Source: Bacillales bacterium (lineage in GTDB: Bacteria; Bacillota; Bacilli; Bacillales; DASSOY01). Taken from it: DNA of 64,000 bases. The stretch lies in contig DASSOY010000007.1 of the NCBI GenBank assembly GCA_035700025.1, forward strand, positions 1,193 to 65,192. Direction: 5' to 3'. The notes below the pieces were generated by a model. It did no database searches. It was not told the DNA's origin and worked only from the letters and a program-made list of their open reading frames with translations. Shown in pieces: positions 12,726-26,089 of this stretch. The number at the start of each line of letters is the position of its first letter. The stretch's first letter is position 1. Both the position numbers and the translations under genes were made by a program.

Positions 12726-13769
12726 ATGAATTGTAAACAAACGAAAGTATGGACTGTGGATAACCAAGTGAATCGGCGCATGCTCGATGAAGCGGCGGAG
12801 TTGTTGAAACGGAACGAAGTGGTCGCTTTTCCGACGGAAACAGTTTACGGGCTGGGAGGGAATGCGCGTTCAGACGAGGCGGTCAGGAAGATCTTTGCTG
12901 CCAAAGGCCGCCCTTCCGACAATCCGTTGATTGTGCACATTTCGGCTTTGCCGCAGTTGAACGACGTGGCGGGAACGGTTTCCGAACCGGCGAAACGGTT
13001 GATGGAGGCGTTTTGGCCGGGGCCGTTGACCCTTGTATTGCCGAAAGGGAGAGGCGTTTCTGAATTGGTGACTGCTGGATTATCGACGGTAGCTGTGCGA
13101 ATGCCCAATCATCCGGCAGCGCTCGCACTCATTGAGAGCGCTCGGTTGCCGATTGCCGCGCCGAGTGCGAATCGTTCGGGACGGCCGAGTCCGACGAATG
13201 CGGCGCATGTGAAATTAGATCTCGACGGAAAAATTGCCGGCATTGTCGACGGAGGCGAAACCGGCATCGGACTCGAATCGACGGTCGTCGATTGCAGCGG
13301 CGATGACGTTGTCATTTTGCGCCCGGGAGGCGTGACAAGAAGGGAAATTGCAGCCGCGCTTGGCGCAAGGGCGCGGGTCGTTTCGGCGGTTGCAGCCAAG
13401 GATGGCGAAGCGCCGAAGTCGCCGGGGATGAAGTACCGGCATTACGCGCCGCATGCGGAGTTGACGTTGGTCGACGGGCCGCTTGCTGCATTGCAGGAAC
13501 AAGTCGATCGCGCGCGCCGCACGGGAAAGAAGGTCGGTGTCATGACGACCTATGAACATGAACGATTTTTCGATGCCGACGTCGTGCTTCCTTGCGGGAC
13601 AAGCAGTGATTTATCCACAGTTGCCCGCGGCTTGTATCGAACGCTGCGCGAATTTGACATGCATGATGTGGACGTCATTTATTCGGAAGTTTTTCCCGAA
13701 ACGGGTGTCGGCGAAGCCATCATGAACCGCTTAAACAAATCGGCTGCCGGCCGAATCCGGAAACGGTAA
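12726..13769 (+). CDS. tsaC: L-threonylcarbamoyladenylate synthase (Sua5/YwlC type, TsaC domain plus Sua5 C-terminal domain)
   Basis: VVAFPTETVYGLGGNA...KGRPSDNPLIVH...AAPSANRSGRPSPT. ATG 12726 is 5 nt after GGGGAG. Confidence 0.92.
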   Translation: MNCKQTKVWTVDNQVNRRMLDEAAELLKRNEVVAFPTETVYGLGGNARSDEAVRKIFAAKGRPSDNPLIVHISALPQLNDVAGTVSEPAKRLMEAFWPGPLTLVLPKGRGVSELVTAGLSTVAVRMPNHPAALALIESARLPIAAPSANRSGRPSPTNAAHVKLDLDGKIAGIVDGGETGIGLESTVVDCSGDDVVILRPGGVTRREIAAALGARARVVSAVAAKDGEAPKSPGMKYRHYAPHAELTLVDGPLAALQEQVDRARRTGKKVGVMTTYEHERFFDADVVLPCGTSSDLSTVARGLYRTLREFDMHDVDVIYSEVFPETGVGEAIMNRLNKSAAGRIRKR

Positions 13770-13775
13770 AGGTTT

Positions 13776-13815
13776 AATCCTGCCTTCCTTTGGAAAGGCG
13801 GGATTTCTTTTTTTT
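13776..13815 (+). terminator. Intrinsic terminator after tsaC
   Basis: AATCCTGCCTT / AAGGCGGGATT stem (one GU pair), 8-nt loop, then TCTTTTTTTT. Confidence 0.75.
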
Positions 13816-14026
13816 CAAACCGAGTGTGTGCTGATATTTTTTCAAAATCGCTGCTTTCAATATCGCAACCACCAACACAGCGGCTAACGCGTACACCAAT
13901 GCCACGCCTACATTCCTCCTTTTATTCTCATTGTACGTCGGCGGCGAAGAATCATGACGAGATGTCCTAATTGATTTTGGACACGCATAGGGTAGGGATA
14001 GAGGATGTGAGGGAGGAGAAAACGGC

Positions 14027-14581
14027 ATGGATCCAGCGGTTTGGTTAAAAGAAGGCATCACGTTGTTCATCATGGCATTCGCGCTTGGAATGGATGCTTT
14101 TTCCGTCGGGCTCGGGATGGGCATGTTCCAGCTGCGGTTAAAACGCATTTTTAAAATCGGGATCGTGATCGGTCTCTTTCACGTTTTTATGCCGTTATGC
14201 GGGCTTTTAATCGGAGGTTACTTGTCGGAACACTTCGGAAAACTGGCGGCGATGGTCGGCGGGGTGTTGCTGCTCTTGTTAGGTATGCAAATGATTTTTT
14301 CGACGGTTGTTAATAATCGCGAAGTGCTCGTGGCTCCAATTGGATTCGGCCTTTTTCTGTTTGCCTTGAGCGTCAGTCTCGACAGTTTTTCCGTCGGCTT
14401 GAGCCTCGGCATCTACGGGGTTAAGATTTGGGTTACGCTCTTGCTGTTCGGAGTGGTCAGTACAGTGCTCACTTGGATCGGCTTGGTCATGGGCAGGAAA
14501 TTTCAGCAATGGCTCGGCTTGTACAGCGAAATTCTCGGCGGCTGCATCTTATTTGTTTTCGGCTTGAGGTTATTGTTGTAA
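14027..14581 (+). CDS. mntP: Manganese efflux pump MntP (YwlD)
   Basis: Polytopic membrane protein with repeated [15 protein letters not shown] / [12 protein letters not shown] motifs typical of MntP. RBS GGGAGGAG. Confidence 0.9.
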   Translation: MDPAVWLKEGITLFIMAFALGMDAFSVGLGMGMFQLRLKRIFKIGIVIGLFHVFMPLCGLLIGGYLSEHFGKLAAMVGGVLLLLLGMQMIFSTVVNNREVLVAPIGFGLFLFALSVSLDSFSVGLSLGIYGVKIWVTLLLFGVVSTVLTWIGLVMGRKFQQWLGLYSEILGGCILFVFGLRLLL

Positions 14582-14729
14582 AATCAACTTGTGAAAACGG
14601 GGGGTTTTTTACTACAATAAGGGCAACGTAGTCCTATACGCGTATCCCCGATAAGGCTGGCAGCGAGCCATTGTGCAGGGCCCAGCTGATCATGAAAAAA
14701 GCCTGTGGATCGGGAAAAGGAAGAGATGA

Positions 14730-15305
14730 ATGAAAAAAATCTTGTTCGTTTGTACCGGGAATACATGCAGAAGTCCGATGGCGGAAGCCTTATTGCGCGC
14801 GAAGGCTGGCGACCGTTTTGAAGCGGGTTCCGCCGGCGTGTTCGCCTCTGAGGGGATGCCTGCCGCGAAAGCGGCGCAAGAGGTGCTTGCTCGGCGCGGG
14901 ATTGAGATGAACCATCAATCGCGCCCATTGGATGATCGGACGATGGAATGGGCAGATGTCGTGTTAACGATGACGCAGAGCCATAAAGGCGCAGTATTGC
15001 AGCGGTTTCCGGACAGCGTCGGGAAAGTGTATACGCTGAAAGAATTCGCGCAAGGAGACGAGGAAATTCGCAGGAAATGGGAAGCGATCGACGCGCTGGC
15101 GGTCGAGTTGGAAACCGAAAGGGCGCTGAACAACGTCGAGCGGGTGAACGAGTTGCAGGAGAAGATCGAAGCATTGGAAAGAGCGCTGCCTTCGCTTGAT
15201 ATTTCCGATCCGTTCGGCGGGACGAGTGACGATTACGAGGCGATCTTTCGGGAAATTGAAGAAGCGATCGAGCAATTCCTGCACAAGGAACGGAATGAAG
15301 ATTGA
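14730..15305 (+). CDS. ywlE: Protein-arginine phosphatase (LMW-PTP family, YwlE) carrying an internal ~45-aa helical insertion
   Basis: [19 protein letters not shown] (the CX5R P-loop with Thr, typical of arginine phosphatases) and a DPFGG acid loop. It is 191 aa versus about 150 for typical family members. Confidence 0.88.
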   Translation: MKKILFVCTGNTCRSPMAEALLRAKAGDRFEAGSAGVFASEGMPAAKAAQEVLARRGIEMNHQSRPLDDRTMEWADVVLTMTQSHKGAVLQRFPDSVGKVYTLKEFAQGDEEIRRKWEAIDALAVELETERALNNVERVNELQEKIEALERALPSLDISDPFGGTSDDYEAIFREIEEAIEQFLHKERNED

Positions 15306-15376
15306 AACCTTGGACCATTCATCTTACAATGAGGATACATTCGAACTTTTCAACATGATGAGAAAGAAGGGTAAAG

Positions 15377-15949
15377 ATGAGCGAAGCTTTGGCGACGATT
15401 CGCGACCAAGTCCAACAAGTGCTTGCCGATTTGAACGAGGTGATGCCGCTTACGTCGGAACATTTGCTGGTCATCGGAACGAGCACGAGCGAAGTCATCG
15501 GCAAGAGCATCGGAACTTCAGGAACGACGGAGGTAGCGACGTCCATTTACGAGGCGCTTCGTGATTTCAGCAGAGAGACGGGGGTACATCTCGCGTTTCA
15601 ATGCTGCGAACATTTGAATCGCGCCGTTGTCGTTGAAAGACAGACGGCGGCGAAATACGGCTACGAAATCGTATCCGCCGTTCCCATTCGTTCCGCAGGA
15701 GGGGCGATGGCGACATACGCCTATCACAAAATGAAAGATCCGGTGCTTGTGGAATCCGTTCGCGGCGACGCCGGCATCGACATTGGAGATACGTTCATCG
15801 GGATGCATTTGAAATCGGTCGTCGTACCTGTGAGAAGCAAGATTGATACGATTGGGAAAGCCCACGTCACGCTTGCGAAAACACGGCCGAAGTTGATCGG
15901 CGGGGCCCGCGCCGTCTACAAGGAAGAAGAGAAGATCGAACGATTTTAA
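15377..15949 (+). CDS. ywlG: UPF0340 / TIGR01440-family protein (YwlG)
   Basis: [17 protein letters not shown]...[15 protein letters not shown]...GGAMATYAY pattern. It sits immediately upstream of glyA, as in B. subtilis. Confidence 0.85.
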   Translation: MSEALATIRDQVQQVLADLNEVMPLTSEHLLVIGTSTSEVIGKSIGTSGTTEVATSIYEALRDFSRETGVHLAFQCCEHLNRAVVVERQTAAKYGYEIVSAVPIRSAGGAMATYAYHKMKDPVLVESVRGDAGIDIGDTFIGMHLKSVVVPVRSKIDTIGKAHVTLAKTRPKLIGGARAVYKEEEKIERF

Positions 15950-15972
15950 GAAGAGGAGAGGGATCGGGGAGA

Positions 15973-17214
15973 ATGAGCATTCTTGAGAAGCAAGATCCAA
16001 AACTGTTCGCGGCCGTTCAACAAGAATTGAATCGGCAAAGGGACAAAATTGAATTGATCGCATCGGAGAATTTCGTCAGCGAGGCGGTCATGGAAGCGCA
16101 AGGCTCGGTATTGACGAACAAATATGCGGAAGGCTATCCCGGCCGCCGTTATTACGGCGGATGCGAACATGTCGACGTCGCCGAGGACTTGGCGCGCGAG
16201 CGTGCCAAGCAATTATTTGGGGCGGAACATGTGAACGTGCAGCCGCATTCGGGGGCGCAAGCGAACATGGCCGTGTACACCGCGCTGCTCGAACACGGAG
16301 ATACGGTGCTCGGCATGAATTTGTCGCACGGCGGCCATTTGACGCACGGCAGTCCAGTCAATTTCAGCGGCAAGTGGTACAACATCGTCGAGTACGGCGT
16401 GGATCGTGAAACGCACCGCATTGATTACGAAGATGTGCGGGCGAAAGCGGTTGAGCATCAACCGAAGATGATTATCGCCGGGGCGAGTGCCTATCCGCGC
16501 GAGATTGACTTTAAAAAGTTCCGCGAGATCGCGGATGAAGTGGGCGCTTACTTGATGGTTGATATGGCTCATATCGCAGGTCTCGTTGCTGCGGGCTTGC
16601 ATCAAAATCCGGTACCGTACGCGCACGTCGTTACGACGACGACGCACAAAACGCTTCGCGGCCCGCGCGGCGGCATGATTTTGTGCAAAGAGGAGTTCAA
16701 GAAGGCGATTGACAAGACGATCTTCCCCGGTTTGCAGGGCGGTCCGCTCATGCACGTCATCGCCGCGAAAGCCGTTGCTTTCGGTGAAGCGCTGAAGGAT
16801 GATTTCAAAGCCTATGCCCAACAAATTATCGATAACGCGAAACGGTTAGGCGAAAAGCTGGAAGCGGAAGGCATCGATTTGGTTTCCGGCGGAACGGACA
16901 ACCATTTGTTGTGCCTCGATGTCAGAAGCTTGTACATGACAGGAAAAGTTGCCGAGGAAGCGCTCGACGCCATCGGCATTACGACGAACAAGAACACAAT
17001 TCCGTTCGATCCGGAAAAGCCGTTCGTCACGAGCGGTCTCCGCATCGGAACGGCAGCGGTTACGTCACGCGGTTTCGGGCTTGAAGAAATGGACGAGATC
17101 GCCGCGGTGATGGCGCTCACGTTGAAACACATCGACGATGAAGAAAAACAAACGGAAGCTGCAAAACGCGTGCAGGCGCTTACAGGGAAGTTTGCGTTGT
17201 ACGCTGACCGTTAA
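15973..17214 (+). CDS. glyA: Serine hydroxymethyltransferase
   Basis: [39 protein letters not shown]...[14 protein letters not shown] (PLP-binding lysine motif). Confidence 0.97.
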   Translation: MSILEKQDPKLFAAVQQELNRQRDKIELIASENFVSEAVMEAQGSVLTNKYAEGYPGRRYYGGCEHVDVAEDLARERAKQLFGAEHVNVQPHSGAQANMAVYTALLEHGDTVLGMNLSHGGHLTHGSPVNFSGKWYNIVEYGVDRETHRIDYEDVRAKAVEHQPKMIIAGASAYPREIDFKKFREIADEVGAYLMVDMAHIAGLVAAGLHQNPVPYAHVVTTTTHKTLRGPRGGMILCKEEFKKAIDKTIFPGLQGGPLMHVIAAKAVAFGEALKDDFKAYAQQIIDNAKRLGEKLEAEGIDLVSGGTDNHLLCLDVRSLYMTGKVAEEALDAIGITTNKNTIPFDPEKPFVTSGLRIGTAAVTSRGFGLEEMDEIAAVMALTLKHIDDEEKQTEAAKRVQALTGKFALYADR

Positions 17215-17243
17215 GGAATTTTTCTACAAAGAATTTTGCACGG

Positions 17244-17273
17244 CAGACCTCTAGTGCGGAGGTCTGTTTTTTT
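17244..17273 (+). terminator. Intrinsic terminator after glyA
   Basis: CAGACCTC-TAGTGCG-GAGGTCTG (perfect 8-bp stem) followed by T7. Confidence 0.8.
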
Positions 17274-17412
17274 CTTCTTATATGTGCCAATGCTAATATG
17301 TATCTCTTGAATAGGTGCCAGCGCGCAGCGTTCAAATTTTTCAATCACTTGAAGTCTCAGCGGTTTTTCTGTAAACTTTTCCGAGGACAAGCCATCGAAA
17401 GGAAGGATTCGA

Positions 17413-18042
17413 ATGGGGAAAGTTTACGTGTTTGACCATCCGCTTATCCAGCATAAATTAACGTACATACGGAAAAAGGATACCGGAACGAAAGAATTTC
17501 GCGAACTTGTTGACGAAGTTTCCAAATTAATGGCGTTTGAGATTACGAGGGAGCTGCGTTTGCAAGAAGTCACGATCGACACGCCCGTGGCGACAGCCAA
17601 ATCGCACGTGCTGGCCGGTAAGAACATCGGCATCATTCCCATTTTGCGCGCCGGGCTTGGTATGGTAGACGGCATCTTGAGTCTTGTGCCGACGGCAAAA
17701 GTCGGCCATGTCGGGTTGTACCGCGATCCAGACACGCTTCAGCCGGTGGAATATTACGTGAAATTGCCCTCCGACGTGGGAGAACGGGAATTGATCGTCG
17801 TCGATCCGATGCTGGCGACCGGAGGGTCGGCTGTCGCCGCGATCACGTCCTTGAAAAACCGCGGTGCGAGAACCATTAAGCTGATGAATTTGATCGCGGC
17901 GCCGGAAGGGGTAGAGAAGGTGCAGCAAGTACATCCCGACGTTGACATTTATACGGCGGCGCTTGACGACCAACTAAACGAAAAAGGGTACATCATTCCT
18001 GGTCTCGGTGACGCCGGCGACCGATTGTTCGGCACGAAGTAA
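17413..18042 (+). CDS. upp: Uracil phosphoribosyltransferase
   Basis: [20 protein letters not shown]...[12 protein letters not shown]...[17 protein letters not shown]. Confidence 0.97.
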   Translation: MGKVYVFDHPLIQHKLTYIRKKDTGTKEFRELVDEVSKLMAFEITRELRLQEVTIDTPVATAKSHVLAGKNIGIIPILRAGLGMVDGILSLVPTAKVGHVGLYRDPDTLQPVEYYVKLPSDVGERELIVVDPMLATGGSAVAAITSLKNRGARTIKLMNLIAAPEGVEKVQQVHPDVDIYTAALDDQLNEKGYIIPGLGDAGDRLFGTK

Positions 18043-18085
18043 GGCGAACGCCGAAAGCGATCTGAGAACCTCCTGTTTCTTCGCC

Positions 18086-18146
18086 CGCGAAAATCGATCC
18101 GATTTTCGCGGAATTATTCCAATCCAACAAACGCGCTAGCGTTTTT
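18086..18146. repeat. Perfect 11-bp hairpin followed by copy 1 of a short dispersed motif ('family B')
   Basis: The hairpin is CGCGAAAATCG-ATC-CGATTTTCGCG (18086-18110). TCGCGGAATTATTCCAATCCAAC (18106-18128) and ACGCGCTAGCGTTTTT recur at 42012-42074, with 2/23 and 1/16 mismatches respectively. Confidence 0.5.
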
Positions 18147-18383
18147 CCGGCGAGAGGCAAGCCAAGTGTTCTTTCGCATATTTTGAACGAAAGCTTGATT
18201 TGAAAACGATGCGTCATCTTTACGTCGGCGGCGCCGAAAAAGAATTTGTACCGAACGGAAAACAGCACTTTGGCGCATTTGTTTCGAACGAATGTACCAC
18301 TGAAACCATAAGGGGGTCCCAAAAGCTTGAGTTTTTGGGAACGTTTTCCTTTCCGGCAGCTGCCGATTCGATCAAGATTGCCA

Positions 18384-18580
18384 TTATCGCTCACTCATGT
18401 TCTTATTTCCTTCGAAATTCGTATTTTCAGATGAAATCGCTCATCAGAAACGCTATTTTCCGAATTTAGGCCAATAGGGGCTGTATTTTAACCATAAAAG
18501 GGAAATAGCGATCTCAGTGAACGATTTGATAAGATATCCGCTCATTTTCGCAAAATAGCGTCTCTCATACGCGTTTCCGA
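18384..18580. repeat. Degenerate copy of the 251-bp intergenic repeat family
   Basis: It contains the family boxes ATCGCTCATCAGAAACGCTATTTTCC (from 18436), GGAAATAGCGATCTCAGTGAACG and AAAATAGCGTCTCTCATACGCGTTTCC. Their order and orientation match the units at 30.5-31.3 kb. Confidence 0.5.
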
Positions 18581-18593
18581 CTGAAACGTCAGC

Positions 18594-18650
18594 AGGCTGA
18601 CTCGCCGAGTCGTTTTTCAACGACTTTTTGAAGTCAGCCTCGTTTTTTTT
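18594..18650 (+). terminator. Long composite hairpin plus T8, an intrinsic terminator in the upp-atp spacer
   Basis: AGGCTGACT (18594-18602) pairs with AGTCAGCCT (18632-18640), enclosing the inner stem AGTCGTT/AACGACT. It is followed by CGTTTTTTTT. Confidence 0.6.
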
Positions 18651-18833
18651 AGATTTATTTGCTTGCTAAGGGCTTTCCTGCCGGCAACGGGACCCAGTGC
18701 ATTCGGTCACAATACTGACACATTTCACTGCGAACGGCTGTAGGAATCACGGAAAAAAACAAGTATGATAGAAAGGGAAAGAAAGGGTTTTCATGCGACC
18801 GATTCATTGAGTGCGAAAGCACATAACTATCAG

Positions 18834-18863
18834 TTGACAAGAGGGTTGTGCTTTCGTTAAGAT
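18834..18863 (+). promoter_or_regulatory. Candidate sigmaA promoter of the atp operon
   Basis: TTGACA (18834-18839), an 18-nt spacer, then TAAGAT (18858-18863). It lies about 60 nt upstream of the first atp-associated ORF. Confidence 0.45.
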
Positions 18864-18921
18864 GTACAGGGATAAAACGCATGAGTATTCCTGTTTTGGA
18901 AATGCTGAAAAGGAGAGACGC

Positions 18922-19137
18922 ATGTCGAAAAACGAGAATCCATGGAAAGCTTACATGCTGATCGGAGCGATCGGGACGAACATGGCCGTGTCGACATTTG
19001 TCGGATTTTGGCTGGGGAAGCTGATGGATGATCATTTCGACACGAGTCCATTTTTTTTGCTTGTTGGCGTGCTCTTGGGGTTGACCGCCGGCATCTACGG
19101 GGTTTACCGATTGGTCAAACCTTTTTTGGGAGACTGA
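18922..19137 (+). CDS. atpZ: AtpZ-like small membrane protein (AtpZ/AtpI family)
   Basis: MSKNENPWKAYMLIGAIGTNMAVSTFVGFWLGKLMD, with two TM helices. ATG 18922 follows AAAGGAGAG. It is the first gene of the atp cluster, as in other Bacillaceae. Confidence 0.7.
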   Translation: MSKNENPWKAYMLIGAIGTNMAVSTFVGFWLGKLMDDHFDTSPFFLLVGVLLGLTAGIYGVYRLVKPFLGD

Positions 19138-19141
19138 GTTC

Positions 19142-19534
19142 ATGCAGGAGTTTGCCGTTTACGCAAAGAAAGTGTTTCTTTCAACATTATGGGCCATGCT
19201 AGCCGTTGTCCCTCTGTGGGTCATCCTCCCATACCGGACGTTTCTGCAAGGTTTGCTGCTCGGAATGATTACGAGCCTCCTCAACGGCTTGATCACTTGG
19301 CGGAAAACGAAGCAAATCACGGCAGCCGCTTCCGGCCAAGGCCGAAGACCTCTCGGAGCCGGAATGTTGTCTCGAATGGCTCTTGCTGTTTTCGCCGTCT
19401 ACTTAACTTACAGGTTTCCGGACATCTTTTCTTTTGCGGGCGTCCTCTCAGGACTGTTCGTCTTGCAATTATTTTCCTTACTCCATGCTTTTATCGGTTG
19501 GTGGCAAAGACAATTTCATAAGAAACGAGCTTGA
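19142..19534 (+). CDS. atpI: ATP synthase protein I
   Basis: A 130-aa, 4-TM protein directly upstream of atpB. Confidence 0.8.
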   Translation: MQEFAVYAKKVFLSTLWAMLAVVPLWVILPYRTFLQGLLLGMITSLLNGLITWRKTKQITAAASGQGRRPLGAGMLSRMALAVFAVYLTYRFPDIFSFAGVLSGLFVLQLFSLLHAFIGWWQRQFHKKRA

Positions 19535-19556
19535 GGTTGGAAAGGGGTGAATCACG

Positions 19557-20321
19557 ATGGATGAATTTATACCGACGTTTACGATCGGCGGACTTGTCTT
19601 CAGCATTCCGATGATGTTCATGACGGTCATCACCGCTTTGCTCGTCTTGCTTTTTACGTGGATGGGTACGAGAAAGATGACTCCCGGAGTCCCAAAAGGG
19701 ATGCAAAACTTGTTCGAGTGGATCGTCGATTTCATTCGCGGCTTTGCCGATCAGTTCATGGGCAAGAAAGTTGGACACCAGTTTGTCACGTTAACATTGA
19801 CGCTGTTTCTCTACATTTTGATTTCTAATTTATTAGAGTTGTTCTTCATGGGCATGACGCACTATGTCGAACCGGTTAAGGCGCTCGGCATTACGGAAGA
19901 TCTCATTCAAGAACATGAAGGACACGTGGGCGTCACATGGTGGAAGTCGCCGACGGCGACGGCCAGCGTTACCTTTTCGCTCGCATTAGTGGTTTTATTA
20001 TACTCCCACTATCTCGGTTTGAAAAGGGGCGTCAAGAAGTACTTGAAGCGTTACACTCACCCGAACCCTTTCCTTGGGCCGCCGCTTGCGATCATGGAAG
20101 AGTTTTTAATTAAACCGTTGACGCTGCCTTTGCGGCTTTTCGGCAACATCTTTGCCGGGGAAGTGTTAATTTTATTCTTGTTGAATCTTGGTTTTGTCGC
20201 TGCCGCGCTGCCGCTATTGGCATGGCTCGGATATTCGGTGTTTATCGCCGGCATTCAGGCCTTTATTTTCACGGCGCTCAGCATGGTTTACATTTCTGAT
20301 CACATCAGTGATGAACATTAA
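19557..20321 (+). CDS. atpB: F0F1 ATP synthase subunit a
   Basis: Polytopic, with the conserved LPLRLFGNIFAGEVL motif containing the essential Arg. Confidence 0.96.
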   Translation: MDEFIPTFTIGGLVFSIPMMFMTVITALLVLLFTWMGTRKMTPGVPKGMQNLFEWIVDFIRGFADQFMGKKVGHQFVTLTLTLFLYILISNLLELFFMGMTHYVEPVKALGITEDLIQEHEGHVGVTWWKSPTATASVTFSLALVVLLYSHYLGLKRGVKKYLKRYTHPNPFLGPPLAIMEEFLIKPLTLPLRLFGNIFAGEVLILFLLNLGFVAAALPLLAWLGYSVFIAGIQAFIFTALSMVYISDHISDEH

Positions 20322-20582
<261 letters not shown>

Positions 20583-20676
20583 TTCGCGCTGACATTGCAA
20601 CCGGGCGGGGGACGTCATCTGAACCTCCCGCCTTCCTTTTCGAACACACAACCCCCTGAAGGGAGTGACCGGGAAC

Positions 20677-21180
20677 ATGATAGATTTCGGAGCGGTACGG
20701 CTCGAATTCGGAACGATGATTTTCCAGGCAGCCGTCTTTATCGTGCTTTTGCTGCTCGTCAGCAAATTCGCGATGAAACCGGTGCGCGAAATGTTCAAGC
20801 AACGCCAGGAGCATATCGAAAACGAAATCAAAGCGGCCGAGTTGGCGCGCGAACGTGCCGAAGAATCGATGGAAAAACAAAAGAAAGCACTTGAAGCCGC
20901 ACGCGACGAGGCTTATCAAATCGTGGCGAACGCGAAGAAACAAGCGGAATTGCAAGGCGACAAGGTTTTGAAAAATGCCGAGGAACAAGCGAACCGTTCA
21001 CTGCAGGAAGCGCGCGCGGAAATTGAGCGTGAGCGTGAGAAAGCGGTGGCCGCATTGCGGGAACAAACGGCGGAATTGTCCGTCATGCTTGCTTCCAAGA
21101 TTATTGAGAAGGAACTCGACAAGAAAGAGCAGCAAGCCGAGATTGACGAGTTCTTGAAACAGGTAGGCGATCGCATATGA
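20677..21180 (+). CDS. atpF: F0F1 ATP synthase subunit b
   Basis: One N-terminal TM helix followed by a long charged helix. ATG 20677 was chosen (RBS GAAGGGAG); GTG 20665 overlaps the RBS. Confidence 0.92.
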   Translation: MIDFGAVRLEFGTMIFQAAVFIVLLLLVSKFAMKPVREMFKQRQEHIENEIKAAELARERAEESMEKQKKALEAARDEAYQIVANAKKQAELQGDKVLKNAEEQANRSLQEARAEIEREREKAVAALREQTAELSVMLASKIIEKELDKKEQQAEIDEFLKQVGDRI

Positions 21181-21710
21181 GCGATGCCGTGACGAAACGT
21201 TACGCACGCGCCTTGTTCGAAATTGCCGAAGAACACGGAAAAGTTAAAGCAATCGATGAAGACTTGCGGGCGGTTCTCGAAGCTTTTCAGGACAAAGACG
21301 CAGGCAAAATCTTCATGCATCCGCGGCTGGATGCCGAAGAGAAGAAAAAATTGATCGATGCATTCGCCGGCAAAGTGGAAAGCGAAGTGGCGAATTTCTT
21401 GAAAGTGCTTGTCGATGGCCACAGGGAAATGGAATTGCCCGGCATCGTCAAAGCGTTTGAAAAAATGGCGAACGAGGCGCAAGGCATCGTTGATGCTGTT
21501 GTGACGACCGCCTTGCCGTTAACGAAGAAAGAAAAAAAACAGCTGGCTGATAAGTTCGGCGCGGCGTTGAATAAAGAAATACGGATCGAAGAACGTGTTG
21601 ACCGTGAAGTGATCGGCGGGATGATGGTCCGCATCGGGAACCGCGTTTACGACGGAACGGTCGCAGGCAAATTGGCACGGTTCAAACAAAGTCTGACCCA
21701 AGTACGGTAG
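21177..21710 (+). CDS. atpH: F0F1 ATP synthase subunit delta
   Basis: VTKRYARALFEIAEEHG (OSCP family N-terminus). The start makes an ATGA overlap with the atpF stop. Confidence 0.93.
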   Translation: MSDAVTKRYARALFEIAEEHGKVKAIDEDLRAVLEAFQDKDAGKIFMHPRLDAEEKKKLIDAFAGKVESEVANFLKVLVDGHREMELPGIVKAFEKMANEAQGIVDAVVTTALPLTKKEKKQLADKFGAALNKEIRIEERVDREVIGGMMVRIGNRVYDGTVAGKLARFKQSLTQVR

Positions 21711-23237
<1,527 letters not shown>

Positions 23238-23308
23238 GAAAGTCCGGGCCGGTTCGTTCCGTCCCGGTCTTTTCCGGCGAACGACGAGCCTGAGACAAAA
23301 GGTGGTGA

Positions 23309-25634
<2,326 letters not shown>

Positions 25635-25646
25635 TCCCGGGGGTGA

Positions 25647-26054
<408 letters not shown>

Positions 26055-26056
26055 GG

Positions 26057-26089
26057 AAACAGCCCTTTGCGGGGCTGTTTTTTGTTTTT
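26057..26089 (+). terminator. Intrinsic terminator of the atp operon, abutting the stop of the convergent LuxR gene
   Basis: AAACAGCCC-TTTGCG-GGGCTGTTT followed by a T-rich run (TTTTTTGTTTTT). Confidence 0.8.

Noticed and set aside
13816-14026. I looked for a yybP-ykoY manganese riboswitch upstream of mntP.
   Set aside because: I could not find the conserved riboswitch core or its four-helix arrangement. The only feature is a short TGTCC-N11-GGACA inverted repeat of unknown meaning. Control of mntP by a protein regulator (MntR-type) is equally plausible, so I make no call.
15306-15376. Absence of rpiB (ywlF) between ywlE and ywlG, and of ywlA after spoIIR, relative to B. subtilis.
   Set aside because: The 71-bp spacer shows no gene remnant, and the genes may simply sit elsewhere in this genome. 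This is lineage-specific synteny variation, not evidence of anything unusual.
18200-18469. ORFs in the upp-atp spacer (18200-18469 on the + strand; 17993-18394 and 18655-19143 on the - strand), considered as possible genes or pseudogenes.
   Set aside because: They have no RBS and no recognisable protein motifs. They overlap repeat and hairpin elements and the atp promoter region. The 18655-19143 ORF runs antisense across the atpZ coding sequence and start.
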